Shown here: one piece after another, positions 39,492-46,928 of the stretch
Layout: every line of letters starts with the position of its first letter
Position numbering within the stretch: position 1 is the first letter of the stretch
NCBI GenBank assembly: GCA_035691665.1
Contig: DASSIS010000007.1
Coordinates: 1,549 to 65,548 of the forward strand
Direction: 5' to 3'
Length of the DNA stretch: 64,000 nucleotides
Origin: Gammaproteobacteria bacterium
Lineage (GTDB): Bacteria; Pseudomonadota; Gammaproteobacteria; Natronospirales; REEB76
Program-made: the position numbers and the translations under genes
Notes under the pieces: generated by a model
What the model was told of the DNA's origin: nothing
The model's input: only the letters and a program-made list of their open reading frames with translations
The model's database searches: none

Positions 39492-39751
39492 TCCTTGAGC
39501 TCCGTCACCGCTGTCCCATAAGCATCCCCGTCCATCGCGTGGAGCCTGAGTAGCATCCGGGCCTTATCCGCCGGCCCCAGCGCCTCGAACCCCGCCGGCA
39601 GGAGCTGCAACGGCGTCGCCACCGGTTGCAGGCAGGTCACCGGCTTCGCCGGGTGGCGGGAGGGCGCGGCTGCCGGCATCGTAGAGCAGCCTGAAAGCAG
39701 GATCAGCGAAAGGGTCGTGACAGGTAGGTAAAGACGGCGTCTTGGGCTCAT
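39461..39751 (-). CDS. o-spanin (Rz1-like lipoprotein), overlapped architecture
   Basis: MSPRRRLYLPVTTLSLILLSGCSTM lipobox; starts inside the i-spanin gene in another frame and extends beyond its stop. Confidence 0.7.
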   Translation of the reverse strand: MSPRRRLYLPVTTLSLILLSGCSTMPAAAPSRHPAKPVTCLQPVATPLQLLPAGFEALGPADKARMLLRLHAMDGDAYGTAVTELKECQAWIRGQP

Positions 39752-40019
39752 GGTTCTCTCCGGAGCTAGGGGGCTGGAACGGGGTGCGGGCGATGCGCTC
39801 CTGCAGCGCGCGGCTATCCGCCTGAAGGGCTTGCACATGGGTCGCTGCCGCCAGGGTCCTGGATTCCGTCGCCGCATCCGCTTTGCCGATCCTGGCGTTG
39901 GCTTCAGCTACTGCCTTCGATGCCGCCGCCGCATCGAACCCGGCCTGCACATGCATCCCATAGAAGAATGCGGCCGCGAGCAGCAGTGCACCTGCCAGCA
40001 CGGCATAGGTTTTGAACAT
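39564..40019 (-). CDS. i-spanin (Rz-like)
   Basis: N-terminal TM MFKTYAVLAGALLLAAAFFYG, Ala/Gln-rich helical periplasmic part; position after endolysin/holin. Confidence 0.7.
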   Translation of the reverse strand: MFKTYAVLAGALLLAAAFFYGMHVQAGFDAAAASKAVAEANARIGKADAATESRTLAAATHVQALQADSRALQERIARTPFQPPSSGENHEPKTPSLPTCHDPFADPAFRLLYDAGSRALPPPGEAGDLPATGGDAVAAPAGGVRGAGAGG

Positions 40020-40044
40020 GGGAACCTCGGAAGGATTAAAAGGA

Positions 40045-40278
40045 TTAAGAAGAAGTGGGCCGTGAACGTCCGCGCAGGCCCATGAGCACCCCTACTCCCG
40101 TCGAGAGCGCGCCCACACCGGCACCGAACTCCGCCAGGTTGAAGGGTTGGTGCAACGCCAGCACCGCATAGAGCTCGAGCCCGAAACCTTCCAGTATCGC
40201 GATGGCCGCCACCAGGATCGCCTCATCCAGGGTCCCATCTTCCTGCAGGAACATCCCCTTGAGCGGTTTCAGGTTCAC
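40045..40278 (-). CDS. holin-like small membrane protein
   Basis: 77 aa with two hydrophobic segments and charged C-terminus, between endolysin and spanins. Confidence 0.5.
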   Translation of the reverse strand: MNLKPLKGMFLQEDGTLDEAILVAAIAILEGFGLELYAVLALHQPFNLAEFGAGVGALSTGVGVLMGLRGRSRPTSS

Positions 40279-40754
40279 ATGAGTCCTTTCACCGAGCCCG
40301 AGCGCAGGATCTGGCTCAAGCGGCCATAGCGTCTCGGTAATTGCTTTGCCACCGCCGTGTGGAACTCCAAGTCATCCGCCGCCCCGCCCCAATCCCCGGC
40401 GGCGCAGAGCCCATAGAAAGTCGTGAAAGCCTGGGCTTTGGCCGCGCCCAAGTTGAACCCCATGTCATTGAGAGCCGCTTGTCGTGCTTCATCCGCAGTC
40501 GGCCACCAGGGCCGCCGCCAGAGCCAACCGCAGTTGCTCGAGAGGTCGTACCCATATTGGGCGTCCACCGTCGCCGGCAGCCATTCATCATCCAGGGGCA
40601 GACCGGCCTGCACCTGTATCACCTTGGCCGCTTCGCAAGGCGGGCTCGCATCCAGATTGTGCCCGATGCCGATGGTCCAGAAACCCCTCGAGCCCTGGTA
40701 CTTGCGGGAGCGGTTCCCCTCGTCCGACTCGATGAGGGCGCGGGTGAGATCCAT
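40275..40754 (-). CDS. GH24 (T4/P22-type) lysozyme-like endolysin
   Basis: LIESDEGNRSRKYQGSRGFWTIGIGHNL aligns to P22 gp19 REEGERLKAYSDSRGIPTIGVGH; catalytic Glu and Thr present, Asp position is Gly. Confidence 0.8.
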   Translation of the reverse strand: MDLTRALIESDEGNRSRKYQGSRGFWTIGIGHNLDASPPCEAAKVIQVQAGLPLDDEWLPATVDAQYGYDLSSNCGWLWRRPWWPTADEARQAALNDMGFNLGAAKAQAFTTFYGLCAAGDWGGAADDLEFHTAVAKQLPRRYGRLSQILRSGSVKGLM

Positions 40755-40963
40755 CAGTGCCGACCCCGGAAAACCGCGCCGGTAAAAGCCGCTCCCAGGG
40801 TCAGCAGACCGGCCCAGATCAGCGCCAACACCTTCACGGCACCTCGCTCCCGGTTATGTGCTGCCAGCAGCGTCTTCACATCTCCCCGGATTTCATCAAT
40901 CACAGGTGCAAGCGCATCAAGTCTCGCTTCGACAGAGGCAAGACGTTCGTATTGGGTGGGCAT
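40754..40963 (-). CDS. small C-terminally anchored membrane protein (holin/antiholin candidate)
   Basis: 69 aa; helical N-terminus then TM VKVLALIWAGLLTLGAAFTGAVF; its stop codon overlaps the endolysin start codon by 1 nt (40754). Confidence 0.45.
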   Translation of the reverse strand: MPTQYERLASVEARLDALAPVIDEIRGDVKTLLAAHNRERGAVKVLALIWAGLLTLGAAFTGAVFRGRH

Positions 40964-41043
40964 CCAGACTCCCGAAAATCGTTAATATCAGCGGGATTGA
41001 AGTACAATTTAAAGCTAACAATTCGGAAGCAAAAGATAACAAG

Positions 41044-42153
41044 ATGGGAATAAGTTCGACTCGCTATCTCGACAAATTGGCATCATTGCGCTTCTTCGCG
41101 GCATTCCTGGTCGTGATCTATCATCTCGGCAGCGAGATCGGAAACCAGCAGAGAACGCTCGCTGCCATTCTCACTCCGATCGCAGACTACGGCTTCGTAG
41201 GCGTCTCCATATTTTTCGTGCTATCTGGCTTCGTGATCTCCCATGCGAATGATCGCTGGAAAGGCTGGGACATCTACCTGGCCGGCCGTGTAACGCGCAT
41301 CTACCCACCGCATCTTATTGTGACGTTCGCGCTGATGATGCCGGATGTTATCTTGCTGATAACCCAGGGAGGAGCCGACGGGTGGCTTAAACTGCTCTCG
41401 AACTTCTCACTGACGCAGGCATGGAGTTCAAACCCCGGTTATTTCCGCTCACTTAACCTGGTCACCTGGAGCCTGTCGGTGGAGATGAGCTTTTATGTGG
41501 CTTTCATAGCCCTGCGCCGCCTGGGGGACCGCTGGCTCCTCGCACTGACGGCCATCGCCTATCTTGTTCTCCTGGTCATCACGCTTTATTTGCGCCATAT
41601 TCATCATGATAGATGGACGTTTTATGTTTACTGGCAACTGTACATAAATCCGGTTGCAAGGCTGCCTGAATTTCTCGTTGGCATGTCCATCTATCGACTT
41701 TATCGTGTCGGGAAATTGCCACACCTCTGGGTGCCGCGCTTCAACTTTCTGCTGACCCTTGCGGCCCTGATGGCGGCGCTCTACCTGGCAGGTACTTACG
41801 GCGGCATGGGCGGGACCTTCGCTGAGTTACTTGATTACTCAGTCGTGCCGCTGCCTTTCATCGTTCTCATGATGATAGCTCTCCTCGACGAGCGCTCGAA
41901 TGTGTGGATGCATAACCGTAACTTGGTACTTCTGGGTGAATCGTCGTTTGCGCTCTATTTGCTGCATCGGCTGCTCATCGGATACTTGAACGAGCCGTTG
42001 CACAATGCAGGACTGGGCTCGAACTGGTTGATGCTGTTGGCGCTCATGATCTTCATTGCTGTTCCTGTCGCAACCTCGGTGCTTTTCTATCGATTCATTG
42101 AGTTACCGCTTACCAGAGCACTTCGATATCACCTAGTTCCGCGCAATGTTTAA
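41044..42153 (+). CDS. acyltransferase-3 family membrane protein (O-antigen/polysaccharide acyltransferase-like moron)
   Basis: LDKLASLRFFAAFLVVIYHL.., ~10 TM; opposite strand to phage genes; AT-rich upstream; visibly low GC. Confidence 0.8.
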   Translation: MGISSTRYLDKLASLRFFAAFLVVIYHLGSEIGNQQRTLAAILTPIADYGFVGVSIFFVLSGFVISHANDRWKGWDIYLAGRVTRIYPPHLIVTFALMMPDVILLITQGGADGWLKLLSNFSLTQAWSSNPGYFRSLNLVTWSLSVEMSFYVAFIALRRLGDRWLLALTAIAYLVLLVITLYLRHIHHDRWTFYVYWQLYINPVARLPEFLVGMSIYRLYRVGKLPHLWVPRFNFLLTLAALMAALYLAGTYGGMGGTFAELLDYSVVPLPFIVLMMIALLDERSNVWMHNRNLVLLGESSFALYLLHRLLIGYLNEPLHNAGLGSNWLMLLALMIFIAVPVATSVLFYRFIELPLTRALRYHLVPRNV

Positions 42154-43502
42154 AGGCGTGCATCTGCCGTCCAGTGCATGCGGAGCAAATCACCTGCAGC
42201 AATGGCCGTACCAGTCGCCGGCTCAAACATGGTAGTAGCCAATACGCCTACGGATACAGCGACATCAGCACCTGTTGTTGCATCTCTCAACTTGCCCATC
42301 GAGCCCGTCGCTTCAGAATAGAGCATCACAATAGGAGTAACTCCCTTCTCTACCTCAAAGTAGACGTCCATCTCGTTGATGCCATTGCCGCCACTGTAAC
42401 CGACAGGTACATGAGTGGTCTTCTGCCCTGGGAAAGAGGTCGTACCCGTCAAAACACCATAGGGCCACGAGCGCTCATACCAGCGTTTCACCCCCTGAAG
42501 TTCATCTATAAACCTCGGCGCCACGCAAACCTGTGCCAAGGTGTTAATACATACCTGCCAATCCGTCGCGTAGAAATCCTTCGTCGTTACCGCCCCGCAA
42601 TCCATCTCCAGGACGATCTCGATGCCGCTGCTGCAATCCCCCATGGCAGCGACGGCTGTCACCGCCGTCGTCGTGTTCGTGGGCAGGCTCACCGTAAAGC
42701 CCGTCGTGACGTTGGTTACGCTTGCGAAGTTGTCCTGCGCCGTCGCCTTGTTGATGGTCAGGAAAGCGTTGATGTTGCCGCCCGTGTCTTGGAAGCCCAG
42801 CACGCTGAAGAGCACGTTCCGGTTCTTGAGCGCGATGGCATCCCGGCTCTCGATCCAGCGGCGGAAGAAGACCTTGCCCGTCCCCGTGATGGTGCAGCCG
42901 GCGAGTTTGCAGGAATAAGCCGTCGCCGCGCCGGCGACCGTATAGGCCGTGTCCTGGGTGATGCTCCCGGCACTCACTGCCGTACCCGAAGCCCAGCATT
43001 GAACGAGGTCTACGGCCCCATAGGCCCGCGAGGTTCCCAGGGCCGGCGACGCGCTCGTGCCGGTCTGCGCCACCCGGCAACAGGGGTCCACCATGAAATT
43101 CTTGCCCGGCGGCGCCGGGTTCAAGAGGTTCCACTGCGTCCCGTCATACTTGAGGAAGGCCGGCACCCCGGCTTGCAGTTCACCTCCTGCGAGCGGCAGC
43201 CCGTTCCCATAGATGTTCGTCGTCGCGAGTCCGTCCGGCGCGAAGGTGGCCGGACCCGTGCTGTCCGTAGCGGGGTTGAGGATCTGCAGTAGACCCGGCA
43301 CCAACGCGCCGAAAGGCCGCCCGTTCGCCGCCGTCAGCGCATTCGCGCTGCCACCCGCCGTGGGCAGGCTCACCGCATAGGAAGCGAGATCCGCCATGAT
43401 GTCCCAGCCCGCCGTCTTCACCTGCGAGGGGCGCATCCCCGTCTTGAAGTAGTTGGCGAGATCGTTGTTGCTGGGTGTCGTGCTGTACTGGTCTATGGAC
43501 AT
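42150..43502 (-). CDS. phage tail fibre / receptor-binding protein
   Basis: 450 aa; N-terminus MSIDQYSTTPSNNDLANYFKTGMRP typical of tail-fibre N-termini; beta-rich; position before the lysis cassette. Confidence 0.65.
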   Translation of the reverse strand: MSIDQYSTTPSNNDLANYFKTGMRPSQVKTAGWDIMADLASYAVSLPTAGGSANALTAANGRPFGALVPGLLQILNPATDSTGPATFAPDGLATTNIYGNGLPLAGGELQAGVPAFLKYDGTQWNLLNPAPPGKNFMVDPCCRVAQTGTSASPALGTSRAYGAVDLVQCWASGTAVSAGSITQDTAYTVAGAATAYSCKLAGCTITGTGKVFFRRWIESRDAIALKNRNVLFSVLGFQDTGGNINAFLTINKATAQDNFASVTNVTTGFTVSLPTNTTTAVTAVAAMGDCSSGIEIVLEMDCGAVTTKDFYATDWQVCINTLAQVCVAPRFIDELQGVKRWYERSWPYGVLTGTTSFPGQKTTHVPVGYSGGNGINEMDVYFEVEKGVTPIVMLYSEATGSMGKLRDATTGADVAVSVGVLATTMFEPATGTAIAAGDLLRMHWTADARL

Positions 43503-43571
43503 CTGCTATCCCCAAAAACGAAGACCCCGCCGGTTGGCGGGGTCGGTAGAGCCTGTATCCAAGTACGCCCG

Positions 43572-44156
43572 TCAGGAGGGAACCTTGTCGAAACCCTCAT
43601 ACCACAAGGTCATGTTGTCATGATCCCCGTAATGGAAGCCGGCTCCGTCTTTGGCATACCACGCCTTCCACTTTTCGATGATGGCTTGCTGCACGTCGAC
43701 AGGAGCGACGAAGAGCGAATCGCGCGATTCCCATACGCCGAACATGTTCACTTGATCACCACTGCCAAACAGCAGCCAATATTCGCGGTTCTTGTCCAGT
43801 TTCAGCTGCTTCAGTGTCGCGGCGGACCCGGCCTTGAACTCGAACCCGGTGATGTAATAGAGGCTGCGCAGCGCCCAGATCACATGCAGGCTGTCCTGGT
43901 TCTTGTTCCTGTCTTGATTCGGCACATGCGCGATGGAGACAGTATGCAGTTGCTTCACCAGCAGCCCCGCCGCATCGGCACCGTGCTCAGCGAAGCACTG
44001 TAGGATGGGTCTCTGGTCGAAATTGTCGTTCTTCCAGTAACCCAGCTCCTTCACCTTGGCCGCCATCTCCTCGTTCGTGCAGGCCTCTGCTCTTGCGGGC
44101 AGGCTCAGCGTCGCGACGCATAGTGCGAGATAGGCGATTGCGATTCCCTGTTTCAT
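43572..44156 (-). CDS. secreted hypothetical protein (candidate immunity/inhibitor partner)
   Basis: Signal peptide MKQGIAIAYLALCVATLSLPARA/EA; lower GC; immediately downstream (2-nt gap) of the 221-aa hydrolase-like gene. Confidence 0.5.
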   Translation of the reverse strand: MKQGIAIAYLALCVATLSLPARAEACTNEEMAAKVKELGYWKNDNFDQRPILQCFAEHGADAAGLLVKQLHTVSIAHVPNQDRNKNQDSLHVIWALRSLYYITGFEFKAGSAATLKQLKLDKNREYWLLFGSGDQVNMFGVWESRDSLFVAPVDVQQAIIEKWKAWYAKDGAGFHYGDHDNMTLWYEGFDKVPS

Positions 44157-44157
44157 C

Positions 44158-44823
44158 TCAGTTGTCCGCTTTGTAGAAGTCGATATAGGTATTGCTGCCC
44201 TTGGGCACGTCGCCCCCGCCGGTGTTCATGAACGGCCCGAAACTCCTGACCAGTTCCGTATTCCCCCAGCTTGAGGGGGGTGTCTGGAGCCCGTCACCGC
44301 CTTCCTGTCGGATGAGGAAATGGTTGGTCCCGGACGGCGGCTTCAGCTGTTGCGCCGCCTGCGCCGCATCCACGGAGTTGCCCCACACCATCCTCTCCAC
44401 CCCGTTACTGAGATCAGGAACGCTTTCACGCACCTTGGGGTTGACCAATCTTACTCCCGCCATCCAAGCCCGAGCGGTCTTGAGTTGCTGCGCCGAATCC
44501 GGGTTCCAGTTTTCGGCGCGATAGACCCCCTTGTCATCAGCCTGTGCCGTGAGCTGCGGATAGATACCGGCGGTTTCCCCATAGATCGTCCGCTGCTGGT
44601 GTATCAGGTTGGGGTCGGGCGGTATCTGCGCAGCAGGCCCGGATGGATGAGCGGAGACCGGCGGCAGATTGCCCTCCGTGACCATGCCCGGAGCCGGCGT
44701 CACCGGTGGAAGGCCTTGCAATAGAGCACCCGCCAAGCCCGGCGGTGCCGGATTGGGCGGCCGACCCAGCAGGTCCGCGGCCAGGCCTTGGGTGAAGACT
44801 CCGCTTCCATTGGGATAAGCCAT
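44158..44823 (-). CDS. phage protein: shared N-terminal module + Pro-rich linker + possible SleB-like cell-wall hydrolase domain
   Basis: N-terminus aligns with the product of 53636..54310; C-terminal RTIYGETAG.. and ..AGVRLVNPKV weakly resemble the Hydrolase_2 signature. Confidence 0.5.
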   Translation of the reverse strand: MAYPNGSGVFTQGLAADLLGRPPNPAPPGLAGALLQGLPPVTPAPGMVTEGNLPPVSAHPSGPAAQIPPDPNLIHQQRTIYGETAGIYPQLTAQADDKGVYRAENWNPDSAQQLKTARAWMAGVRLVNPKVRESVPDLSNGVERMVWGNSVDAAQAAQQLKPPSGTNHFLIRQEGGDGLQTPPSSWGNTELVRSFGPFMNTGGGDVPKGSNTYIDFYKADN

Positions 44824-44849
44824 GTCCGTTTCCTTCTCGTTCAGATGGA

Positions 44850-45698
44850 TCAGTAGTCGGGCTCGTCTATCGGCATCGTCGTCGCATCCCAGTTGCCGGC
44901 CGGCTGCAGCGTGTTCAGCGTCGGCAGACTGCTGCTGGAATAGAGCGGCATCTGGTTGTACTGGTTGTAGAGGTTCATGCCCATCGAAGCGGCATTCATC
45001 GCGTTACCCAGCGGATTGCTGAAATAGGGGTTCGTCGTCTGCATGCCGGGCTGCACGCCGCCCAGGAAGCTCTCGTATTGCTGCAGCTGTTGTACCGGCA
45101 GCATCTGGTAGTAGTTGTACTTCTGCTGGTTCGCATCGATGTTCTGCTGCGCCAGGTCCTGCACCTGCTTGCCCACCCCTTCTGCGGCCGTGAGCCCGTT
45201 CATGCGCGTGTCATAGAGGTTTTGCGCCTGGTTCCCGGCCGCGAGCGCGTCCTGCATGTCCTGCTGATAGGCGTTGCCGTAGAGCCCCGTCGCCAGGTTG
45301 TCGAGCTGCTGCCCCCGCAGCGCCTGCGAGGCATCCACGTTCCGGCCCGTCCCGCCGAACTCCGAGGCGAGCTGCCCCTGTGTCGCACCCGCTGCCTGCT
45401 TGAAAGTGGCATCGAGATAGGGGTTCGATCCGCCCGCGTCATTGAGCAGGGTGGTGTCGAAGCCCTGTGCTGCGTCGAGCGCCGGCGTGCCGTTCATCCC
45501 CAGCGTCGAGATCGCCCCCATGGCCTGCTGCTGCGGCTGCGAGAAACCCGCCACCAGGGGGCCGGAATAATACTGGGGCTGGTAGCTCAAGAGCTTGTTC
45601 GCCTGCCCCAGCGCCGTCGAGATGTAGGGCAGCATGTAAGACGCTGGCATCTGCGTCGTCGTGGTGCTGCCCGAGGGAGAAGACCCGCCTAGGCTCAT
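44850..45698 (-). CDS. Gln/Asn-rich phage protein (internal virion/ejection-protein-like)
   Basis: 282 aa low-complexity Q/N/G-rich; position between tail hub-like and fibre genes. Confidence 0.4.
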   Translation of the reverse strand: MSLGGSSPSGSTTTTQMPASYMLPYISTALGQANKLLSYQPQYYSGPLVAGFSQPQQQAMGAISTLGMNGTPALDAAQGFDTTLLNDAGGSNPYLDATFKQAAGATQGQLASEFGGTGRNVDASQALRGQQLDNLATGLYGNAYQQDMQDALAAGNQAQNLYDTRMNGLTAAEGVGKQVQDLAQQNIDANQQKYNYYQMLPVQQLQQYESFLGGVQPGMQTTNPYFSNPLGNAMNAASMGMNLYNQYNQMPLYSSSSLPTLNTLQPAGNWDATTMPIDEPDY

Positions 45699-46225
45699 GG
45701 CTGCACCCTTCCCCGCGGCAACGCCACCGGCATCGGCCTGGGCCGGATGATCGGTGGACTTGGCGCATAGGTGTAAGGATTGTAGGCCGGCACCGCCGCG
45801 AGCTGCGCCAACGTGTTGACCTGGCCGTTATAGCTGCCGCCCGTCGGCGCCTGGGCCAGGCCGTTGGCCATCGCGTTGTAGGGCCCGCCACCCTGTGCCA
45901 GGGGTGTATAGGTGAATGCCGGATTGGGCAGCATGGGGTTCACCCGTCCCGCCGCTGCTGGCAGCCCCGTCGGCGTGGCCGTCCCACCCCAGCGCTGTGT
46001 CTCAAGCGGGTTCACCCCGTTGTTGGGGATGTTGCCGTTGATGAGGCCGGAACCGAAGGGGTTCGTCATGTTGGCGCCGACGTTGGAACCGCTGTGGCCC
46101 AACAGGTTCAGCGGATCGGACATGTTCGCGAGCCCGGCGCCGTAGTGGATGCCGGAGAGGCTGTTCAAGTCCGAATATTGTCCGCCGCTCGAGGCCGCAC
46201 TCGTGATCGCGCTGCCCATGCTCAT
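45695..46225 (-). CDS. Gly/Asn/Pro-rich phage protein
   Basis: 176 aa low complexity; translationally coupled to both neighbours. Confidence 0.4.
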   Translation of the reverse strand: MSMGSAITSAASSGGQYSDLNSLSGIHYGAGLANMSDPLNLLGHSGSNVGANMTNPFGSGLINGNIPNNGVNPLETQRWGGTATPTGLPAAAGRVNPMLPNPAFTYTPLAQGGGPYNAMANGLAQAPTGGSYNGQVNTLAQLAAVPAYNPYTYAPSPPIIRPRPMPVALPRGRVQP

Positions 46226-46605
46226 AGTTTTCTCCTCATGATGGTCGCCATCTCCTCGTAATCGGGATACACCCGCCCCCAGCCCCGCCGCCCCTGCAAC
46301 CGCATCTCGTCGCAGCCGAGGGCCTTCGCCCAGGCTTCGATGGCGCCGAGGTCCGCCTTATGCGACTGCAAGTCTTCACCACCGCAGAGCACCAGCATGC
46401 AAAGCCGTACACCGGGGTAGGTCTGGATCTGTGTCACCACCGCGAGCGCCCAGGGCACCACCCAAAGCTGCATCCGCTCGGCGAGGAGCTGCTGCTGTAT
46501 ATCTGCCAGCCCCCACTCCCTCTGCCGTGCGAGGGCCTTCTCCAGGCAGCCGCTGACTCGCGGCCACAGGGCGGCCACGTCCCAATGAGGTACCTGGAAG
46601 ATCAT
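46222..46605 (-). CDS. hypothetical phage protein
   Basis: 127 aa, coupled (4-nt overlaps) on both sides; no motif recognised. Confidence 0.4.
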   Translation of the reverse strand: MIFQVPHWDVAALWPRVSGCLEKALARQREWGLADIQQQLLAERMQLWVVPWALAVVTQIQTYPGVRLCMLVLCGGEDLQSHKADLGAIEAWAKALGCDEMRLQGRRGWGRVYPDYEEMATIMRRKL

Positions 46606-46928
46606 CGGACGATCAGGTAGTCGAAGTTCAGGTCCGGCTGTGCCACCGCCGCATGCGTGAGCGTGATGCTCCCGCCGTTCGCGGGTACCGAAACCGGGTC
46701 CGCCCAGAGTCCTGTCACCGTGGCCGCATGGGCCGTGGTCGGGAAGAGGAAGACCTTGCAGCCACGGGTGATGTGGTTGTCCGAGAGGGTGGTCACGGTC
46801 CCGTTGTCGGTCAGCGTCACACTTCCCAGGCTGTTGAGCGAGCCGACCAAAAGGCGATTGATGAGCGTCGCCATCTTCGCCGTCGGGTCATAGGGCGGGG
46901 TCGTCCTGAGCGGTGGCAATTTACTCAT
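46602..46928 (-). CDS. hypothetical phage tail-associated protein
   Basis: MSKLPPLRTTPPYDPTAKMATLINRL..; start at 46928 (ATGA overlap with the upstream gene); the longer track ORF start was rejected. Confidence 0.45.
   Translation of the reverse strand: MSKLPPLRTTPPYDPTAKMATLINRLLVGSLNSLGSVTLTDNGTVTTLSDNHITRGCKVFLFPTTAHAATVTGLWADPVSVPANGGSITLTHAAVAQPDLNFDYLIVR

Noticed and set aside
42150-43502. Possible diversity-generating retroelement targeting the tail fibre, as in BPP-1-like podoviruses
   Set aside because: No reverse transcriptase gene is present. I saw no template/variable repeat pair near the fibre 3' end. The downstream gene is an acyltransferase.
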